From an uncultured Acidobacteriota bacterium (GTDB lineage Bacteria > Acidobacteriota > Thermoanaerobaculia > Gp7-AA8): DNA of 64,000 nucleotides. Below, one piece after another: positions 1 to 11,935 of the stretch. Position numbers and translations under genes: made by a program. Where the stretch lies: contig CAWGHO010000002.1 of the NCBI GenBank assembly GCA_963822445.1, positions 864,001 to 928,000 on the forward strand, written 5' to 3'. The notes beneath the pieces were generated by a model. The model saw only the letters and a program-made list of their open reading frames with translations. It was not told where the DNA came from and made no database searches. Each line of letters opens with the position of its first letter. Within the stretch, counting starts at the first letter, position 1.

Positions 1-723
1 GGACAGCGGCTCGGAGCTGCAGGATGCTGCGCACCGGCGGGATTGACGAACGAGGCGATGCCGTACTGACGAGAGCGTGATCAGTCCCGAGGGGATCGAC
101 TCGACGACGTTCTGGTTGAGCGCGCGCAGCTCCGCGAGGTTCTGGCGGTTCGCGTCGAGCTCCTCGGACGGTCCGCTGCAGCTGTTCGGAGAGGTAGGAC
201 GTGAGCAGCGCCGTCGCGTAGAAGCCGGCGAAGTTCGCGGCCATGTTGAAGTAGAGCCGCGAGGCGGTCCAGGCGATCGGGAGAAAGAGCGACTGCTCGC
301 GGCAGCGGAAGGACGCCGTAGTACATCAGATCGACGAGCACGCCGTAGAGGATCGACGCGCCCGGACGCGGCGAGCAGGCCGCCGCGCCGGTAGAGCAGC
401 ATCGACGCGGTGATGATCGAGACGAGGTAGAGGAACGAGAACGGCGAGTCGAGGCCGCCGGTGAAGTAGACCAGCAGCGTCTCGACGACGAGATCGCCGC
501 CGATCTGGACATGAGGTTGATCGACGCGCGAGGGGATGAGCTGCCGAGGGCGATGTAGACGAGCGTCAGCGCGTACGTCACGCCCGGCGGTGATGTAGAG
601 GTAGTTGAGCGGCAGGACCTCGCGGACCGTGTACTGAATGATCAGCGCCGCGAGCAGCAGCGTCGTGACGACGACGACCCGGACGGCGATGAGCATCCGG
701 GTGTCCTGGGACATCTGGGTCAT
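1..723 (-). CDS. pilS: PilS-like membrane sensor histidine kinase, N-terminal part (frameshifted, runs off the window)
   Basis: ATG at 723 gives MTQMSQDTRMLIAVRVVVVTTLLLAALIIQ (TM segments). Later frames give YFTGG..SPFSFLY and ELDANRQNLAELRALNQNVVESIPSGLIT (coiled coil/PAS start). Lies directly downstream of pilC, as in pilBTC-pilSR loci. Several frame breaks. Confidence 0.7.
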   Translation of the reverse strand, partial: MTQMSQDTRMLIAVRVVVVTTLLLAALIIQYTVREVLPLNYLYITAGRDVRADARLHRPRQLIPSRVDQPHVQIGGDLVVETLLVYFTGGLDSPFSFLYLVSIITASMLLYRRGGLLAASGRVDPLRRARRSDVLRRPSAAASSRSFSRSPGPPRGSTSTWPRTSPASTRRRCSRPTSPNSCSGPSEELDANRQNLAELRALNQNVVESIPSGLITLSSVRHRLVRQSRRCAASCSSEPLS

Positions 724-735
724 GGCTCGATCGGC

Positions 736-797
736 GTAGTGTCGGGCCTCTGGCGCTACGCTCTGGGAAGCGTAGGCCGGAGGCCCACCCTACACGG
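736..797. repeat. REP family A inverted doublet (REPIN-like)
   Basis: GTAGTGTCGGGCCTCTGGCGCTAC (736-759) and GTAGGCCGGAGGCCCACCCTAC (772-793) are inverted; the same unit recurs at 6138, 44878, 57442 and 59601. Confidence 0.8.
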
Positions 798-800
798 GCT

Positions 801-2014
<1,214 letters not shown>

Positions 2015-2042
2015 GATCGCTCCTCCTCGAAGCCCGCCTACA

Positions 2043-3180
<1,138 letters not shown>

Positions 3181-3196
3181 TGTGTGTCTCCTTGCC

Positions 3197-4914
3197 TCAG
3201 GCGACGGTTTCGCGGACCACTTCTTCGACGGTCGTTACGCCGTCCTTGATTTTAACCAGACCGGAGCGGCGGAGCGTGATCATGCCGTTCTCGATGGCTT
3301 TGCTCTTGATCTCGATGGCCGTACCGCCGGCCAGGATCAGGTCGCGGATGTCGTCGTCGATCTCCATCACCTCGAAGAGGCCGACGCGGCCCTTGTAGCC
3401 GGTGTTGTTGCACTTGTCGCAGCCGCGGCCCTTGTACACGCTGAAGGTGCCGATCTCTTCCTTCTTGAAGCCGAGGTTGGCGAGGGCCTGCGGCGACATG
3501 TCGACCACTTCCTTGCAGCTGCTGGCAGATGCGGCGGACCAGGCGCTGGGCGGCGATGAGCTGCGTCGCCGTGGCCACCAGGAAGGGCTCGATGCCCATG
3601 TTCATCAGGCGGTTGATGGTCGACGGCGCGTCGTTGGTGTGCAGCGTCGAGAGCACGAGGTGGCCGGTCAGCGCGGCCTTGATCGCGATCTCGGCCGTCT
3701 CGAAGTCGCGGATCTCGCCGACCAGGATGATGTTCGGGTCCTGCCGCAGGAACGAGCGCAGCGTGGCCGCGAAGTTGAGGCCGATCTGCTCCTTCATCTG
3801 CACCTGGTTGATGCCCGGCAGGTTGAACTCGACCGGATCCTCGGCGGTCATGATGTTCACTTCCGGCGTGTTGACCTTGCGACAGCGCCGAGTAGAGCGT
3901 GTTGGTCTTGCCCGATCCGGTCGGACCGGTGACGAGCACCATGCCCCAGGGCTTGAAGATCGCCTCCTCGAACCGGGCCAGCGACTCCGGCTCGAAGCCG
4001 AGCTTGGTCATGTCGAGCCGGAGGTTGTCCTTGTCGAGGAGCCGCATGACGATCTTCTCGCCGAAGAGCGTCGGCAGCACGGAGACGCGGAAGTCGAGCT
4101 CCTTGTTCTTGTCCTCGAGCTTGATCTTCAGCTTGATGCGGCCGTCCTGCGGGAGGCGCTTCTCGGAGATGTCGAGCTTGGCCAGGATCTTCATGCGCGA
4201 GGTCATGGCGTCCTTCAGCTTGAGGGGCGGATTCATGATCTCGTAGAGGATGCCGTCGATGCGGAACCGGACCCGGTACTCCTTCTCGTACGGCTCGATG
4301 TGGATGTCGGAGGCGCCGCGCTTGATGGCGTCGGTGAGGATCAGGTTGCACAGCTTCACGACCGGCGCTTCCTCGGCCGAATCGGCGAGGGCGCTGACGT
4401 CGAGCTCCTCGTCTTCCTCGAGCACCTCGAGGTCGGCGCTCTCCTGCGTCTGAAGGTCTTCCATGACCTTCTTCAGCTCGAGCGAGGAAGTGGTGCCGTA
4501 GTAGCTGTCGATGGCCGCCTTGATCCCCAGTTCCGAGGCCACGACCGGCTCGACGTTGTAGCCGGTCATGAACTTGATGTCGTCCATGGCGAAGACGTTC
4601 GTCGGATCGGCCATGGCGATGGTGATCGTGGCGCCGGTCTTGTTGACCGGGAGGATGTTGTACTTGCGGGCGACGTCACCGGGGATGAGCTTGATGACGC
4701 TGCTGTCGATCTCGAAGTGCTGGAGATTGATGGAGGGGACGCCGAACTGCTGGCTGAGGCACTCGGTGATGTCCTCTTCGGAGACGAATCCGAGCTTGAT
4801 CAGGGTCTCGCCGAGCTTGCCGCCGGTCTCCTTCTGGACCCGCAGCGCTTCCTTGAGCTGATCCTGCGAGATCAGGCTGGCTTTGGTGAGCAACTCACCC
4901 AGACGCACACTCAT
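3197..4914 (-). CDS. pilB: Type IV-A pilus assembly ATPase PilB with N-terminal MshEN motif, split by two frameshifts
   Basis: [21 protein letters not shown]-terminus; ASDIHIEP; RLPQDG; GPTGSGKT; EDPVE; [15 protein letters not shown]; C-terminal CxxC and GYKGR. Confidence 0.95.
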
Positions 4915-4965
4915 AGTTGGTTTTTCAGGGGTTCCGCGCTAAACAAACGTGATCGGGAGTTTAAC

Positions 4966-5678
4966 TTACCGCGCATCCTTCAGGACGGGCGGGTCGATCG
5001 ACCCCACGCCGGAGGTGATGGCGCGAAGGGTCGCGGTGATGGCGCCGAAGTTCACTTCCGTCCGGATGCGGACCGGAATCCTGCGGTCGTCGTCCGAGTA
5101 CCAGATCCAGAGGCGCTCTTCGCGATCGACGCCGGCCGCCGACATCTTCGGCTCGATCACCACCGTGTTGAACCTGCCCGCGGGCGTGGTCAGGACCTCG
5201 CGGCGAACCACGATCGCGTGGACGTTGTAGACCTTGCCGTCGGCGATCAACGTGAAGTCGTGAGTCTTGCCGGGCGAGAGGTCGAGCGTCCGGAGGTGGT
5301 AGATGATCGAGATCGGGTCGTAGACCGGCCGGGGGACGTCTACCTTCTTGATTTTCTTGCGCTTGCGCGTGGCCACGCCGTCTTCGATGGTGGTCGCTTC
5401 CTCGATCTTGTCGCCGCTGTTCGTCGAGGCGTTTGGTGTAGCGGAGCGTCGAGAAGTCGTTCCTGGCGACGATGGTCTCGATCTCGTCCCGGACCTTGAA
5501 GAATCGCGAGAAACCGGGGCTGGACTTGCCGACGGAGGTGATGCGCAGGCGGTCGTCCTGAAGCGGGGCGATGGTCATGCGGGCGGAGCCGCCGGTGATC
5601 TTCAGCCACTTCAACTCGTAGTCGAGCGTTTCGCCTGAGAGGAAGGTCGCCAGCGATTGCCGCGAGGAGGAAGCTCAC
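4966..5678 (-). CDS. DUF3108-like exported protein (frameshifted)
   Basis: Joining frames gives GETLDYELKW, VRDEIET, YDPISIIYHLR, E.LTTPAGRFNT, WYSDD.RRIPVRI, the pattern typical of DUF3108. Confidence 0.7.
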
Positions 5679-6574
5679 TCCGCGGAAACCCTTTCCACCG
5701 CATTCATGACCGCTTCAACAGTTATTGATTCCATCAATTTCGTCGTCACAAATTCGTCTACGACGTGATCGAGCTGCCCGTAGGGCCCGTTCCGCCGCGG
5801 ATTGGTCGGTCCGTAAAGCCCTACCACTTTCGTACCCAGGGCCGCGGCGAGGTGGAGCGGCCCGGTATCGCCTCCGATGACGAGCTCTGCACTTTGGAGG
5901 AGCCAGGCTAGCTCGCGCAGGTTCGTGGGCGGCGCGACGCGGGCGCCGATGGCCTGGGCCCGTTCGGCTTCGCCCGGTCCCCAGACCACGAGGGGATCGT
6001 CGAGTTTCATGGCCAGCTCCCGGAATCGCTCGATCGGCCAGAGCTTGTCGGGCTTGCCGGCGCCGGGGAGGATGACGGTTTTCGCGGGGCGGACGTCGAT
6101 GGGTTGGGGGAAGGCGGACCAGTCGGGAGAACGAGGGGTAGGCCGGAGGCCCACACTACACGCCAACTCCAGATTCTGCTCGACGACATGCTTCGTCGTG
6201 TCAACGGCGACGCGGTGCGTCGTAAACAGCCGCGAGGCTTTTTCGCGAGGTCGTTCGAATCCGTACCGCGTCTCGGCCTTGGCCAACGCGCCGAGCATCG
6301 CCGACTTCATCAACCCCTGAAAATCGATCGACAAATCCGCACCGCGCATCTTTCCGAGCGCGTCATGAATCTCGCCCCGCGAAGCGATCAGCGAGCGCCC
6401 CCATGTCTTCATCCGCACCGGAATGACCTCGACGCCGGCCACGATCTCCACGAGCTCGGCGTATGGCGCCTCCACGACCCAGGACACGTGCGCATCGCGC
6501 AGGGCCGTGACCGCGGGAATCGTGTGAATGACGTCGCCGAGGGCCGAGAGGCGGAGGACGAGGATGCGCTTCAC
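5675..6574 (-). CDS. waaC: Glycosyltransferase family 9 (LPS heptosyltransferase I-like)
   Basis: GTG start at 6574 overlapping the upstream stop; ILVLRLSALGDVIH, IDFQGLMKSA, GGDTGPLHLAAALG, LYGPT. Confidence 0.85.
   Translation of the reverse strand: MKRILVLRLSALGDVIHTIPAVTALRDAHVSWVVEAPYAELVEIVAGVEVIPVRMKTWGRSLIASRGEIHDALGKMRGADLSIDFQGLMKSAMLGALAKAETRYGFERPREKASRLFTTHRVAVDTTKHVVEQNLELACSVGLRPTPRSPDWSAFPQPIDVRPAKTVILPGAGKPDKLWPIERFRELAMKLDDPLVVWGPGEAERAQAIGARVAPPTNLRELAWLLQSAELVIGGDTGPLHLAAALGTKVVGLYGPTNPRRNGPYGQLDHVVDEFVTTKLMESITVEAVMNAVERVSAE
6138..6162. repeat. REP family A singlet lying inside the waaC coding sequence
   Basis: GTAGGCCGGAGGCCCACACTACACG is identical to the copies at 44917 and 57442 and is read in frame as ACSVGLRPT. 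Confidence 0.85.
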
Positions 6575-7044
6575 TTGCGGCGCATCTTCTCGAGGACGGC
6601 GGTCGTGGAGTGATCTTTCGGATCGCCGACGATGACCACCTTGCCGCCGTACGCGTTCACGACGTCGCGCTCCGGGACGGAGTCGGCGGTGTAGTCGGTG
6701 CCCTTGCATTGAAAATCAGGCCGCAGCACGCCGAGCAGCCGCGCCGGGCTGTTCTCATCGAAGATCGTCACGTAGGAGACGCCGCGGATGGCGGAGATGA
6801 TCTCGGCCCGCTCGTCTTGCGGCATGAGCGGACGGCCTTCCCCTTTGAGAACGCGCACCGAAGCGTCGCCGTTCACTCCCACCACGAGCACATCCGCGAC
6901 GTTTGCCGCGTCCTGCAGGTAACGAGTGTGGCCGACGTGCAGGACATCGAAGCAACCGTTGGCGAAGGCGATTTTCTTTCCGGCAGAGCGTTCCTTCTCG
7001 AGAGCGGACGTGAGCTCGTCTTCGTTCAGTATCGGAGCGTTCAC
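6571..7044 (-). CDS. rfaE2: D-glycero-beta-D-manno-heptose 1-phosphate adenylyltransferase (HldE domain II)
   Basis: ANGCFDVLHVGH, VGVNGDASV..LKG.GRP, KGTDY, HSTT motifs. Confidence 0.9.
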   Translation of the reverse strand: MNAPILNEDELTSALEKERSAGKKIAFANGCFDVLHVGHTRYLQDAANVADVLVVGVNGDASVRVLKGEGRPLMPQDERAEIISAIRGVSYVTIFDENSPARLLGVLRPDFQCKGTDYTADSVPERDVVNAYGGKVVIVGDPKDHSTTAVLEKMRRK

Positions 7045-8057
7045 TCCTCCAGCTCCTCGTCCCTCTCGATCGCGTACCGTACCTCGTCGCTCGACGCCGT
7101 CGCGGTTCCCATCTTCATCACCACCACCCCGCCAGCGTAATTCGCCAGCTTCGCCGCCTCGGCATACGAAGCACCGGCAGCCAGCGCGAGCGTGAACGTG
7201 GCGATGACCGTGTCGCCGGCGCCGGTGACGTCCGCGACTTGATCGGTACCGGACACGGGGATAAACAGCGGCGCACCTTCGCGCTCGAACAAAGCCATTC
7301 CGCGGCTGCCACGCGTGATGAGAATGGCCTCGCAGTCGAGACTTTCCTGCAGCGTCTCGGCAACGTCGTACAGACGATCTTCATCCTCGCCGTTGAACAG
7401 TGACGTCCCCGCGGCGGCCGCGGCTTCCTCTTCATTCGGCGTGGCCGCGGTAACGCCGGGATAACGCAGCAGGTCGTAGCGCGAATCGAGCGTCACCGGC
7501 TTGTTGTGCGCGAATTGCGTCAGAGTTCCGGCCAGCGTGTTGGTCACGACGCCGTAGCCGTAGTCGCTGATGATTCCGGCGTGGCAGAGCGAGATGTGAT
7601 CGCGAAGCAGCATCTCGAACTGTTTCGCCTCGTCCTCATGCATCTCGAACTTGTCTTCGATGTCGTAGCGGACGATCTGCTGCCGGCTGGCGTGAGGCAT
7701 GCCGCCGAGGATGCGGACTTTGGTCGGCGTGTTGTAGCGGTCGGTGCGCAGAATGCCTCCGCAGTCGACGCCGTTGTCGGTGAGCCGCGCGATCAGCGCG
7801 TCCGCCGCCACGTCGCGCCCCAGAACCGATACGGGCACGGGGAAACCGCCGAGGGAGAGGATGTTGTTGATGGCGTTGCCGGCGCCGCCGAGGAGGACGT
7901 CGTCTCGGTACTGGCGGAGGATCAGAACGGGCGCTTCCCGCGAGATCCGCTTGGGTGTGCCGTAGATGAACCGGTCCGCTACGATGTCGCCATAGACGAC
8001 CACGAGCTTCCCCCTCATCCCCTCCGTGAGCTGCAGCAAACGCGACCGGCTGAACAC
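7041..8057 (-). CDS. rfaE1: Heptose-7-phosphate kinase, PfkB family (HldE domain I)
   Basis: RISREAPV, LGGAGN, ISDYG.G, TPNEEEA, DVTGAGDTV, AN.AGGVVV. Confidence 0.9.
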   Translation of the reverse strand: MFSRSRLLQLTEGMRGKLVVVYGDIVADRFIYGTPKRISREAPVLILRQYRDDVLLGGAGNAINNILSLGGFPVPVSVLGRDVAADALIARLTDNGVDCGGILRTDRYNTPTKVRILGGMPHASRQQIVRYDIEDKFEMHEDEAKQFEMLLRDHISLCHAGIISDYGYGVVTNTLAGTLTQFAHNKPVTLDSRYDLLRYPGVTAATPNEEEAAAAAGTSLFNGEDEDRLYDVAETLQESLDCEAILITRGSRGMALFEREGAPLFIPVSGTDQVADVTGAGDTVIATFTLALAAGASYAEAAKLANYAGGVVVMKMGTATASSDEVRYAIERDEELEE

Positions 8058-8075
8058 GGCCCGCGACTATAAACG

Positions 8076-8255
8076 ATGAGCGACGAGCGCCGCCTGACTG
8101 AAGGAGTCCACTTCTACCGCGAGGGACCGTACGTCGTCTTCACGGAGCTTTTTCTGCGGGAGCGGGGCTACTGCTGCGAGTCGGGCTGCCGGCATTGTCC
8201 GTACGGATATCGCCCAGATCAGCGTGCTGAAGCTGATCCTTCTCCTGAAGAGTGA
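8076..8255 (+). CDS. Small Cys-rich protein, DUF5522-like (59 aa; not in the ORF track)
   Basis: Translated by hand: MSDERRLTEGVHFYREGPYVVFTELFLRERGYCCESGCRHCPYGYRPDQRAEADPSPEE. The VFT..F..RGYCC..GCRHCPY motif matches my recollection of DUF5522. Confidence 0.8.
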   Translation: MSDERRLTEGVHFYREGPYVVFTELFLRERGYCCESGCRHCPYGYRPDQRAEADPSPEE

Positions 8256-8676
8256 GGATGTTCTCGACGTCGATCAGCAGATAAACCTCTTCGCCGTACG
8301 GCACCACCGCGATCAGGAGCTCGCCGCGAATCCCGCGGACGATCTTCGGAGGGGTGAGAAACGCCTCGCTCGACACGGTGATGATGCGGCGGACCTCGTC
8401 GACCTTCAGACCCATCACACCCGCGGACGTGTGCGTGACCAGAACCAATGGCTGGTCGGCGCGCTCACTGATCTGCGGATACAGCCGATCGCGCAGATCG
8501 ATGATCGGGATGACCTCGTTGCGCAGCACGACGATGCCTTCGATGAACGCCGGCGCGGTGGGAACGGAGGTCGAGCCGCTGTACTGGATGATCTGGCGGA
8601 CGGCCATGATGTCCAGGACGAAGGTCTCCGGACCGACGCGGAAGGTGATCAGGCGGAGGGCGGTATTGTCCGGCAT
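8140..8676 (-). CDS. cheW: Chemotaxis coupling protein CheW
   Basis: LITFRVG.E.F..DIMAVRQI, VP.AP.FIEG...LR..VIPIIDLR, GLKVDEV; immediately downstream of an MCP. Confidence 0.88.
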   Translation of the reverse strand: MPDNTALRLITFRVGPETFVLDIMAVRQIIQYSGSTSVPTAPAFIEGIVVLRNEVIPIIDLRDRLYPQISERADQPLVLVTHTSAGVMGLKVDEVRRIITVSSEAFLTPPKIVRGIRGELLIAVVPYGEEVYLLIDVENILTLQEKDQLQHADLGDIRTDNAGSPTRSSSPAPAEKAP

Positions 8677-8701
8677 GAGATCCTTCGGCTTCGCTCAGGA
8701 T
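8677..8701. repeat. Short palindromic repeat (ATCCTGAGCGAAGCCGAAGGATCTC on the - strand) abutting the cheW start
   Basis: ATCCT...AGGAT hairpin; resembles the widespread ATCCTGAGCGAAGCGAAGGATCT dispersed repeat (from memory). Single copy in this window. Confidence 0.45.
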
Positions 8702-8714
8702 TCCGGGTGCGCAC

Positions 8715-10802
8715 TCACGTTCGCACCCGGAACTTCCGCGTCTCATCATCGAGGCTGCGGATGGCGTCGTTCAACAGTCCGATGGCCTGGCTCATGTCAC
8801 CGGCCAGCGAACGGTTGCCGTCGGCGATGGCGCGGACCTGCTGCATCGTGGCGACGATCTTCTCGCTCTCGGACGACTGATTCGCGGCGACCTGGAAGAT
8901 CTCGTGGATCATCTCGATCATCCGCTCGGCGGAGGTGGAGATCATCGACGAGCCGGACTTCTGTTCGAGCATCGCCTGGCGCACGTACTTGGTGACCTCG
9001 CGCATCGATTCGACCGCTTTGAGGATGTGCTCCGAGCCCTGGGCCTGCTGCCCGGTCGCGGAGTTGATCTGCTTGACCATCTCCTGCAACCGATCGATCG
9101 AGCGGGTCACCGTTTCGCTTCCGGCAGCCTGCTCGCGCGTGGCACCGGCTATCTCCTTGCCCATCGTCGAGGCCTTGGCGGTGGAATCGAGGATGTTGTT
9201 CAGCGCGCGGCCGGCCTGATGGGAGAGCGAGACGCCGGTCTCCACGAGATGCGAGCCGGAGGACATGGCCTTGAGCGCGTTCTGCACTTCTTCCTGCACG
9301 GCGCGGATGAGCAGGGTGATGTCGCGCGTCGACGACGCGGTGCGCTCGGAAAGCTCGCGGATCTCCGCGGCCACGACCGAAAAGCCCTTGCCGTACTCGC
9401 CGGCCTGCGCCGCGAGAATGGCCGCGTTCAGGGCGAGGAGGTTGGTCTGCTCGGCCACGTCCTCGATCACGTTGAGGATCTTGCCGATGGCCACGGAACG
9501 CTCGCCGAGTCGCGAGACGACCGTGTTCGCCTCGATCACCGACTGGCGGATCTGTTCCATGCCGTCGATCGTCTCGCGAACCGCGCGCATGCCCGTTTCG
9601 GCTGCATCGCCGACCGCCACCGCCAGGTCGTATGACCGCGCGGCGTTGACTTCGACCTGCGCGATCGACGCCGACATCTGCACCATCGACGACGACGTAT
9701 CCGTCACGAAATTGGTGAGGTAGACGACGTTCTGATCGACCTCGTTGATCGACGACACCATCTGATGCGTGGCCGACGCGGTCTCTTCGACGGAGCTCCA
9801 CAACGTGTCGGTGTGCCGGCTGACCTCCTCCATCGACGCAACCATCTCGAGCATCGAAGACGACGTCTCCTCGGACGACGCGGACAGCGCTTCGACGTTG
9901 TCGGTGATCTTCCGGACGCCGTTGTTGAGGTGATCGATGGAGTTGTAGGTCTCGTCGATGATGGCTCGCTGCTCGTCGACACGGGCGATGACGTCGTGGG
10001 AGCGGCTGTCGACCGTTTCAACGACCGATTTCAGCTTCGACTGCGAATGCACGAGGCTCTTCACGGTCTGCTCGAGATTGCCGGCCATGGAGTTGAATGC
10101 CGCGGCCAGGCTGCCGATCTCGTCGTACGTCGTGACGCGGGCACGCTGGGTGAGGTCGCCCTTGGCGATCGTTTTCGCGGTCTCGACCAGCGACAGAATC
10201 GGTTTGACGATCAGCCGCGAGGCCAGCAGCGCCAGCGCGGTCGCGGCGAGAAGTACCAGCGCGAGAATGACCACGCTCCAGCGGCGCAGGCTGTCGATCG
10301 CCTCCTGCGCCTGGGTCTCGTTCATCAGCAGGCGGAAGTAGCCTTTGGGCTTGATCGCGGGATTCGCAGCGTCGCCTTTGTTCTCGTAAAACGGAACGGC
10401 GTAGATGTGCATCCCTTCGCCGGCATCGGCGCCTGTCTCGCGTCCGAGGGGGCGGTTCACCAGGCCGGCCGGGGGGGTGGTCGATGTTGCCGCGAGCACT
10501 CTTCCGTTGCCGTCGAGAAAGTCGGCGTAGGAGATCGAAGGGCTGCGCGCGAGATCGCTGACGATGTTCTTCAGATCGTCGGTGAGTCCGAAGATGACGT
10601 AGTAGCCGGCTGTGGACTCGATCGTTTTCGCGATCGCGTCGCCCTGCTCGACGGTCTGCCGGATCATCGCCCGGCGGGTCATCATCTCCTGCAATCCGAG
10701 GATGAGGACGGCGACGAGGACCGTGGCGCCGGCGAAGGCCGTCACGAATTTCGCGCGAAGGCCGAACCGCACGGCCGTTTCGGTTTGATTGCCCGCAAGC
10801 AT
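8715..10802 (-). CDS. Methyl-accepting chemotaxis protein (2 TM, HAMP, long signalling domain)
   Basis: HAMP (DEIGSLAAAFNSM); hairpin tip IEDVAEQTNLLALNAAILAAQAGEYGKGFSVVAAEIRELSERT. Confidence 0.93.
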   Translation of the reverse strand: MLAGNQTETAVRFGLRAKFVTAFAGATVLVAVLILGLQEMMTRRAMIRQTVEQGDAIAKTIESTAGYYVIFGLTDDLKNIVSDLARSPSISYADFLDGNGRVLAATSTTPPAGLVNRPLGRETGADAGEGMHIYAVPFYENKGDAANPAIKPKGYFRLLMNETQAQEAIDSLRRWSVVILALVLLAATALALLASRLIVKPILSLVETAKTIAKGDLTQRARVTTYDEIGSLAAAFNSMAGNLEQTVKSLVHSQSKLKSVVETVDSRSHDVIARVDEQRAIIDETYNSIDHLNNGVRKITDNVEALSASSEETSSSMLEMVASMEEVSRHTDTLWSSVEETASATHQMVSSINEVDQNVVYLTNFVTDTSSSMVQMSASIAQVEVNAARSYDLAVAVGDAAETGMRAVRETIDGMEQIRQSVIEANTVVSRLGERSVAIGKILNVIEDVAEQTNLLALNAAILAAQAGEYGKGFSVVAAEIRELSERTASSTRDITLLIRAVQEEVQNALKAMSSGSHLVETGVSLSHQAGRALNNILDSTAKASTMGKEIAGATREQAAGSETVTRSIDRLQEMVKQINSATGQQAQGSEHILKAVESMREVTKYVRQAMLEQKSGSSMISTSAERMIEMIHEIFQVAANQSSESEKIVATMQQVRAIADGNRSLAGDMSQAIGLLNDAIRSLDDETRKFRVRT

Positions 10803-10852
10803 AGGACCGCGCGCGAGTTTAGCAGTTGATCCGCTGAGCTATCATCCCGCGC

Positions 10853-11806
10853 ATGCCCCTCATCCGCTGTCCAAAGTGTGGGCAGGCTTATGACGTCCCC
10901 GGCGTGATCGCCGTGCGGCTCCAGAATTCAATCGCGACGTGCACGTGCGGCGAGTGGCTTTCCGGAAGCAAAGCCGCGGTGCTGGCGCGGGTCGTCGACG
11001 TCGATCAGATCCGCGAGATCGACATGAAGCCGTATCGCGTCGCCGCTCCGTCTTCCGCCTCCGCACCGGCGCCGAAAGCGGAAGCGCCGGCGCGTCCATC
11101 GCGACCGCGATCGGTGCGCATCGTGGCCCGCGGTGTGACGGAATCGGTCAACACGGTCTTCACGATTTTCGAGCATCCGCTCTGGATCGGCCGGAAGGGT
11201 TGCCACGTGGAACTGGCCGAAGCCGAGCTCTCGATTCGCCACTGCTCGATCTCCGTTCACGGCGACAAGCTCGTCGTGCGCGATGCCGATTCGCACATGG
11301 GAACGTTCCTCGATGGCCAGGCCGTCGAGGGCGACACGGTCATCGAAGAAGGGGCGCACATTCTTCGCGTCGGATCGGCACTGGTCAGCGTGGAGCCGAC
11401 CGAAGACACGGGCGTGCCTGTCCTGCCGATCGCCCTCGACGCGTCGGAGATGGTCGACGAGTCGGTGCTCGCCGAGAAGATGCGCGCTCGCAACACGAAA
11501 CCGGCCGAAGCCGCGACGCGCGCGATTCTGGTTTGCCTGGAAGGACCGCTGGTCGGCCAGGAGTTCGAGATCCCACCGACCGGCCTGGTCGTCGGACGCG
11601 AAGGTCACGTGCGCGTGCCCGACGAGTTCCTGTCCCGCAAGCATTTCGAAGTGATCCGCGACGAGGAAGGCTTCGTCCGCGTCCGCGACCTCGGCAGCCG
11701 CAACGGCACCTTCCTCAACACGCTGCCGGCGAAGAACACCAAGGTGCATGACGGCGACGAGATCCGCGCGGGCGTGAACCGGTTCAAAATCGATCACCGC
11801 GCGTGA
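10853..11806 (+). CDS. Zn-ribbon plus two FHA domains
   Basis: CPKC...CTCG N-terminus; IGR..S.RH..S.MGTF and VGR..SRKH..DLGSRNGTF FHA motifs. Confidence 0.85.
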   Translation: MPLIRCPKCGQAYDVPGVIAVRLQNSIATCTCGEWLSGSKAAVLARVVDVDQIREIDMKPYRVAAPSSASAPAPKAEAPARPSRPRSVRIVARGVTESVNTVFTIFEHPLWIGRKGCHVELAEAELSIRHCSISVHGDKLVVRDADSHMGTFLDGQAVEGDTVIEEGAHILRVGSALVSVEPTEDTGVPVLPIALDASEMVDESVLAEKMRARNTKPAEAATRAILVCLEGPLVGQEFEIPPTGLVVGREGHVRVPDEFLSRKHFEVIRDEEGFVRVRDLGSRNGTFLNTLPAKNTKVHDGDEIRAGVNRFKIDHRA

Positions 11807-11863
11807 CGTAGAGCAGACACTCCTGTCTGCCAGTCAGAGCAGACAGAAGTGTCTGCTCTACGT
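11806..11863. repeat. REP family B inverted doublet
   Basis: ACGTAGAGCAGACACTCCTGTCTGC / GCAGACAGAAGTGTCTGCTCTACGT; each arm is GTAG followed by its own GCAGACA..TGTCTGC hairpin. Confidence 0.8.
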
Positions 11864-11877
11864 TCCCATATTGCCCG

Positions 11878-11906
11878 TTGGATGCTGTCGCACGCGTGGC
11901 TATACT
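11878..11906 (+). promoter_or_regulatory. Sigma70-type promoter for the GGDEF gene
   Basis: TTGGAT-17 bp-TATACT. Confidence 0.6.
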
Positions 11907-11935
11907 CCGCGCACTCTCGATACGGCAGGTGACTC

